A DNA stretch of 64,000 bases from Smithellaceae bacterium (lineage in GTDB: Bacteria; Desulfobacterota; Syntrophia; Syntrophales; Smithellaceae), in contig CAXXVL010000002.1 of the NCBI GenBank assembly GCA_963667845.2, positions 1,984,001 through 2,048,000 on the forward strand. Direction: 5' to 3'. The notes beneath the pieces were generated by a model. The model had not been told where the DNA came from. It was given only the letters and a program-made list of their open reading frames with translations, and did not search any database. The translations under genes were made by a program, and so were the position numbers. Below, piece by piece: positions 60,807 to 64,000 of this stretch. Every line of letters starts with the position of its first letter. Position 1 is the stretch's first letter.

Positions 60807-62087
60807 ATGGATTCTTCGAACTCCGATTTTATGAAAACGCTCGGGATTTATCTGTTTGGCCAGGCCAAGAAATTTTCGCTCCAGTTTAAAAAAGCACCGA
60901 CGATGAAAGAGCTGATGATGGTCTATTACAGCGAGGCCAAATCGGCAAAGCTCACCGGGAAGAAAGTCGCCTGGATCACCAGCGGCGGTCCGGTGGAGCC
61001 GTTGATCGCGATGGACGTCATTCCCATTTATCCGGAAAACCACGGCGCGATGATCGGTGCGTCCAAAATGGGCGCGGGCCTGTGCGAGAAAGCGGAGGCC
61101 ATGGGCTACTCCAGCGATTTGTGTTCCTACGCCCGCTCGGATATCGCCTGCGCGACGGTCAACGGCGGCCCCATCGGCGGGCTCCCGCGCCCCGACATGC
61201 TGGTGTGCTGCAATAACATCTGCGGGACCGTGCTCAAATGGTATGAAATACAGGCGCGCTATTTCAATGTGCCGTTGTTTATTCTCGATACGCCTTTTTG
61301 CCATACGGGTTATTCGGAGGAAGCCGCGCGGTACGTCCGGTCGCAGATCGATGAGTATATCCTCTTCATCGAAGACGTCTGCAGGAAGAAGTATGATTTC
61401 GAACGGCTGAAAGAAGTCGGCCATCTTTCCTATGAGGGGCAGCAGCTCTGGCAGGCCGTCCTGGAAACGGCCGCGCACCGGCCGGCGCCGATGAGCGCGT
61501 TTGACGCGTTTTATCATCTGGCGCTCATTGTGACCCTGCGGGGGACGAAGACGGCCGTCTCGTATTACCAGAACCTGCTCGCGTCGATGCAAGACCGTGT
61601 GGCGCGCGGCGCAAGCGTGGTGCCCGATGAAAAATACCGCCTTTTGTGGGACAACATCCCCATCTGGCCCCGGACGCGGTGGCTGTCGCAGAAGTTCGCG
61701 TCGCACAATGCCTGCCTGGTGGCCGATACTTACACCTCGGCCTGGTGCGGGGCGATGCAGTATATTGACGAAAATAAGTTTCTCGATTCGCTGGCGGAAG
61801 CCTACACGCGGATTTACCTGAATATCGGCGTTGATGAAATGGCGAAAACGGTCATCCGGATGATCGACAAGTATGATGTCGACGGATTTGTGCTGCATTC
61901 CAACCGCAGCTGCAAGCCGTATTCCTTCGGGCAGCTGGATATCCAGCGAATCGTGGAACAGGAAAGAGGGATTCCCTGTCTGATGATCGAGGCCGACATG
62001 GTCGATGACCGCAGCTTTTCGGAGAGCCAGATATCGACCCGCATCGACGCGTTTATGGAGATCATTAAGGACAGGAAAAGAATGTAG
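60807..62087 (+). CDS. 2-hydroxyacyl-CoA dehydratase family subunit (HgdA/BcrB-like)
   Basis: YPENHGA, DLCSYAR, NNICGTV.KW, NRSCKP, IEADMVDDR. Confidence 0.88.
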   Translation: MDSSNSDFMKTLGIYLFGQAKKFSLQFKKAPTMKELMMVYYSEAKSAKLTGKKVAWITSGGPVEPLIAMDVIPIYPENHGAMIGASKMGAGLCEKAEAMGYSSDLCSYARSDIACATVNGGPIGGLPRPDMLVCCNNICGTVLKWYEIQARYFNVPLFILDTPFCHTGYSEEAARYVRSQIDEYILFIEDVCRKKYDFERLKEVGHLSYEGQQLWQAVLETAAHRPAPMSAFDAFYHLALIVTLRGTKTAVSYYQNLLASMQDRVARGASVVPDEKYRLLWDNIPIWPRTRWLSQKFASHNACLVADTYTSAWCGAMQYIDENKFLDSLAEAYTRIYLNIGVDEMAKTVIRMIDKYDVDGFVLHSNRSCKPYSFGQLDIQRIVEQERGIPCLMIEADMVDDRSFSESQISTRIDAFMEIIKDRKRM

Positions 62088-62165
62088 CAGCCATTTTGCT
62101 GCCCGCCCCAGGCGGTCGCGGCGGTTCCCCGGGATCATCGGGGATAGAAAGATAAAAGGTACGAA

Positions 62166-62933
62166 ATGCTGACAGCGGGTATTGATATCGGTTCAATTAC
62201 GGCAAAAGCAGCCCTGGTGGAAGACGGGAAGATTCGCGGCACAAAAATCATCTTTACAGGCTACAACGCCGAAGCGGCGGGCATGAAGGTTTACGAGGAG
62301 CTGCTCTCCGACGCGGGTCTGGATCCGTCGGCGGTTTCCAAAATTGTGTCCACCGGCTACGGCCGCAATTCGGTAAAATTCGCGGACAAGACATTTACCG
62401 AAATTATGGCGCATGCCGCCGGAGCGCATTTTCTGAATCCGGCGATTCGCACGGTTATCGACATCGGCGGCCAGGACTCGAAGGCCGTGGCGCTCGATGA
62501 AAAGGGCAAGGTCAGAAATTTTGTCATGAACGACAAATGCGCCGCCGGGACCGGACGGTTCCTGGAGGTTATGGCGAGGGCGCTGGAAGTGAACCTCGAT
62601 GAATTCGGCGCCATGTCGCTCACATCGTCCATGCCCGCCAAAATCAGCAGTTTATGCACGGTCTTTGCCGAGTCGGAGGTCATCTCGCTGATCGCCCGCG
62701 GTGAAAAAAGACCCGACATCATTGCCGGCATCCATGAATCCATTGCGGCGCGCGTCTCATCCATGCTCGCGCGCATCGGAGTCACCGAACCGGTGATGAT
62801 CACCGGCGGCGTTGCGCGAAACAGCGGAGTTGTGGACGCGCTGGCACGCAAACTCGAAGTCTCGATTGCCGTGTCGCCTTATGCACAGGTGAACGGTGCC
62901 ATCGGCGCAGCCATTCTGGCATCAACTATCTAA
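62166..62933 (+). CDS. CoA-substrate-specific enzyme activase (HgdC-like ASKHA ATPase)
   Basis: GIDIGS, STGYGR, IDIGGQDSK, MNDKCAAGTGRFL, CTVFAESEVIS. Confidence 0.94.
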   Translation: MLTAGIDIGSITAKAALVEDGKIRGTKIIFTGYNAEAAGMKVYEELLSDAGLDPSAVSKIVSTGYGRNSVKFADKTFTEIMAHAAGAHFLNPAIRTVIDIGGQDSKAVALDEKGKVRNFVMNDKCAAGTGRFLEVMARALEVNLDEFGAMSLTSSMPAKISSLCTVFAESEVISLIARGEKRPDIIAGIHESIAARVSSMLARIGVTEPVMITGGVARNSGVVDALARKLEVSIAVSPYAQVNGAIGAAILASTI

Positions 62934-63143
62934 TCCAGCACGACTTTGAGGAAAAGGAGAGGGATTTGCAACCTCTCCCGCACAGGGTGCGGTGCCTGCC
63001 CGGTTCTCAAGGAATCATATCGCCGCGAATTCATCCACTTACACGGAAGCAAACGAAGGAGCCGGGGGGCTCACTCCAGAATTCATTAGGACATCCGGGA
63101 GCAATCTGATATAGCCTGCCGTTCTACAAACATAAAAAAGGAG

Positions 63144-63590
63144 ATGATGGTGACTTCAGTTGGTGATAATATCGATGCATACTGTTTGAAATGTAAACTG
63201 GTTCTGGCTCATGTGATTTTGTTCAAAGTGGACGGCAAGGTTAATCGCGTCAAATGCAAGACCTGCGGCGCGGAACATAAATACCGCGGCGTCAAACCGG
63301 CCGTGAAGAAAAGTGAGACCGCCGTGCGCGCTCCCCGGGCCGCCAAAGCGGGCAAGACTGCCCGTAAAGAAGTGGCGAACGATGCTCCGCTTGCGTGGGA
63401 TTTGAAGAGCCGCAACATGCAGCCTCAGACGCCTATCCGGGACTATTCCATCAGAGAAAATTTCAAAGCCGGCAGCACGATCAGCCATCCGGTCTTCGGC
63501 GTGGGCTTTGTCGAAAAAGTTCTTTCCGATAAAAGCATTTCCGTCCTGTTTCACGACGCCGTGAGACTGATGGGGATGAATGTTATCTAG
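63144..63590 (+). CDS. Hypothetical protein with N-terminal Zn-ribbon
   Basis: CLKC...CKTC; C-terminal ISHPVFGVGFV; AAGGAG RBS. Confidence 0.75.
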   Translation: MMVTSVGDNIDAYCLKCKLVLAHVILFKVDGKVNRVKCKTCGAEHKYRGVKPAVKKSETAVRAPRAAKAGKTARKEVANDAPLAWDLKSRNMQPQTPIRDYSIRENFKAGSTISHPVFGVGFVEKVLSDKSISVLFHDAVRLMGMNVI

Positions 63591-63979
63591 TCTTTTGATA
63601 AATCATCCGGGTTCTCCGGCGCGCTTGGGGCCTGATCCGGATTCAGCTCGTCAGGATCCTGCTGAAAATAAGCCTTGATCTTCGACCGCACGGTTTCGGG
63701 GATTCTGATTCCGATTTCCCTGATCCGGCTTTCATACTTCTTGAACGAACGGGTATGTTCCCCGGTGTTGATGAAGATTCGGAAATAAGAACGGATGCTG
63801 CCTTCCAGCTCGGAGCGGTATTCCGTGTCCTGATTCAGCAAATCTTCGACGGGGGCGATGAACCGGTAGTTAATCGGGCGGCAGATGGCGCGATAGGCGA
63901 CAAAACGCATAGCCATCTCGTTTTCATAATCTCTTTCCCGGATGGCTTTTTCCACGATATTCAGGTCGATGGTATCCAT
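63587..63979 (-). CDS. Hypothetical protein
   Basis: 130-aa ORF with plausible composition, convergent with the previous gene. Confidence 0.55.
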   Translation of the reverse strand: MDTIDLNIVEKAIRERDYENEMAMRFVAYRAICRPINYRFIAPVEDLLNQDTEYRSELEGSIRSYFRIFINTGEHTRSFKKYESRIREIGIRIPETVRSKIKAYFQQDPDELNPDQAPSAPENPDDLSKD

Positions 63980-64000
63980 GATCTGAAAGGCATACTTCGG

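Noticed and set aside
60789..62138. 449-aa minus-strand ORF (likewise 32697..33731, 43136..44191, 45729..46709)
   Set aside because: Antisense to well-supported genes; no motifs
59582..62933. Calling the trio benzoyl-CoA reductase or hgdABC specifically
   Set aside because: A single activase fits a dehydratase, but substrate cannot be read from motifs; no gene symbols assigned

Overview
A 64 kb stretch of bacterial chromosome. Gene content (glutaconate CoA-transferases, 2-hydroxyacyl-CoA dehydratase, multiheme cytochrome, HesB selenoprotein) suggests an anaerobic deltaproteobacterium such as Syntrophales; this is an inference. In order, it holds: NAD salvage genes (pncA/pncB); a molybdenum-hydroxylase operon with a 7-heme cytochrome and tandem iorAB copies, one iorB frameshifted; transporters and CoA-transferases; a tandem array of lipoprotein caspases; a nitrogen cluster with 2 Amt, 4 P-II, PtsP and three sigma54 promoters; tRNA-Gln; a CstR-like regulator with an Fe-S protein, cytochrome b and rhodanese; an AT-richer cassette region that looks like a decaying integron; and a dehydratase/activator trio. 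Best candidates for undescribed biology: (1) the lipoprotein-caspase array, with variable N-termini and the scar of a lost fourth member; (2) the putative persulfide-regulated redox module that lacks a molybdoenzyme; (3) the decayed integron; (4) a HesB-like selenoprotein gene missing from the ORF track. All calls come from reading motifs by eye; no searches were run.
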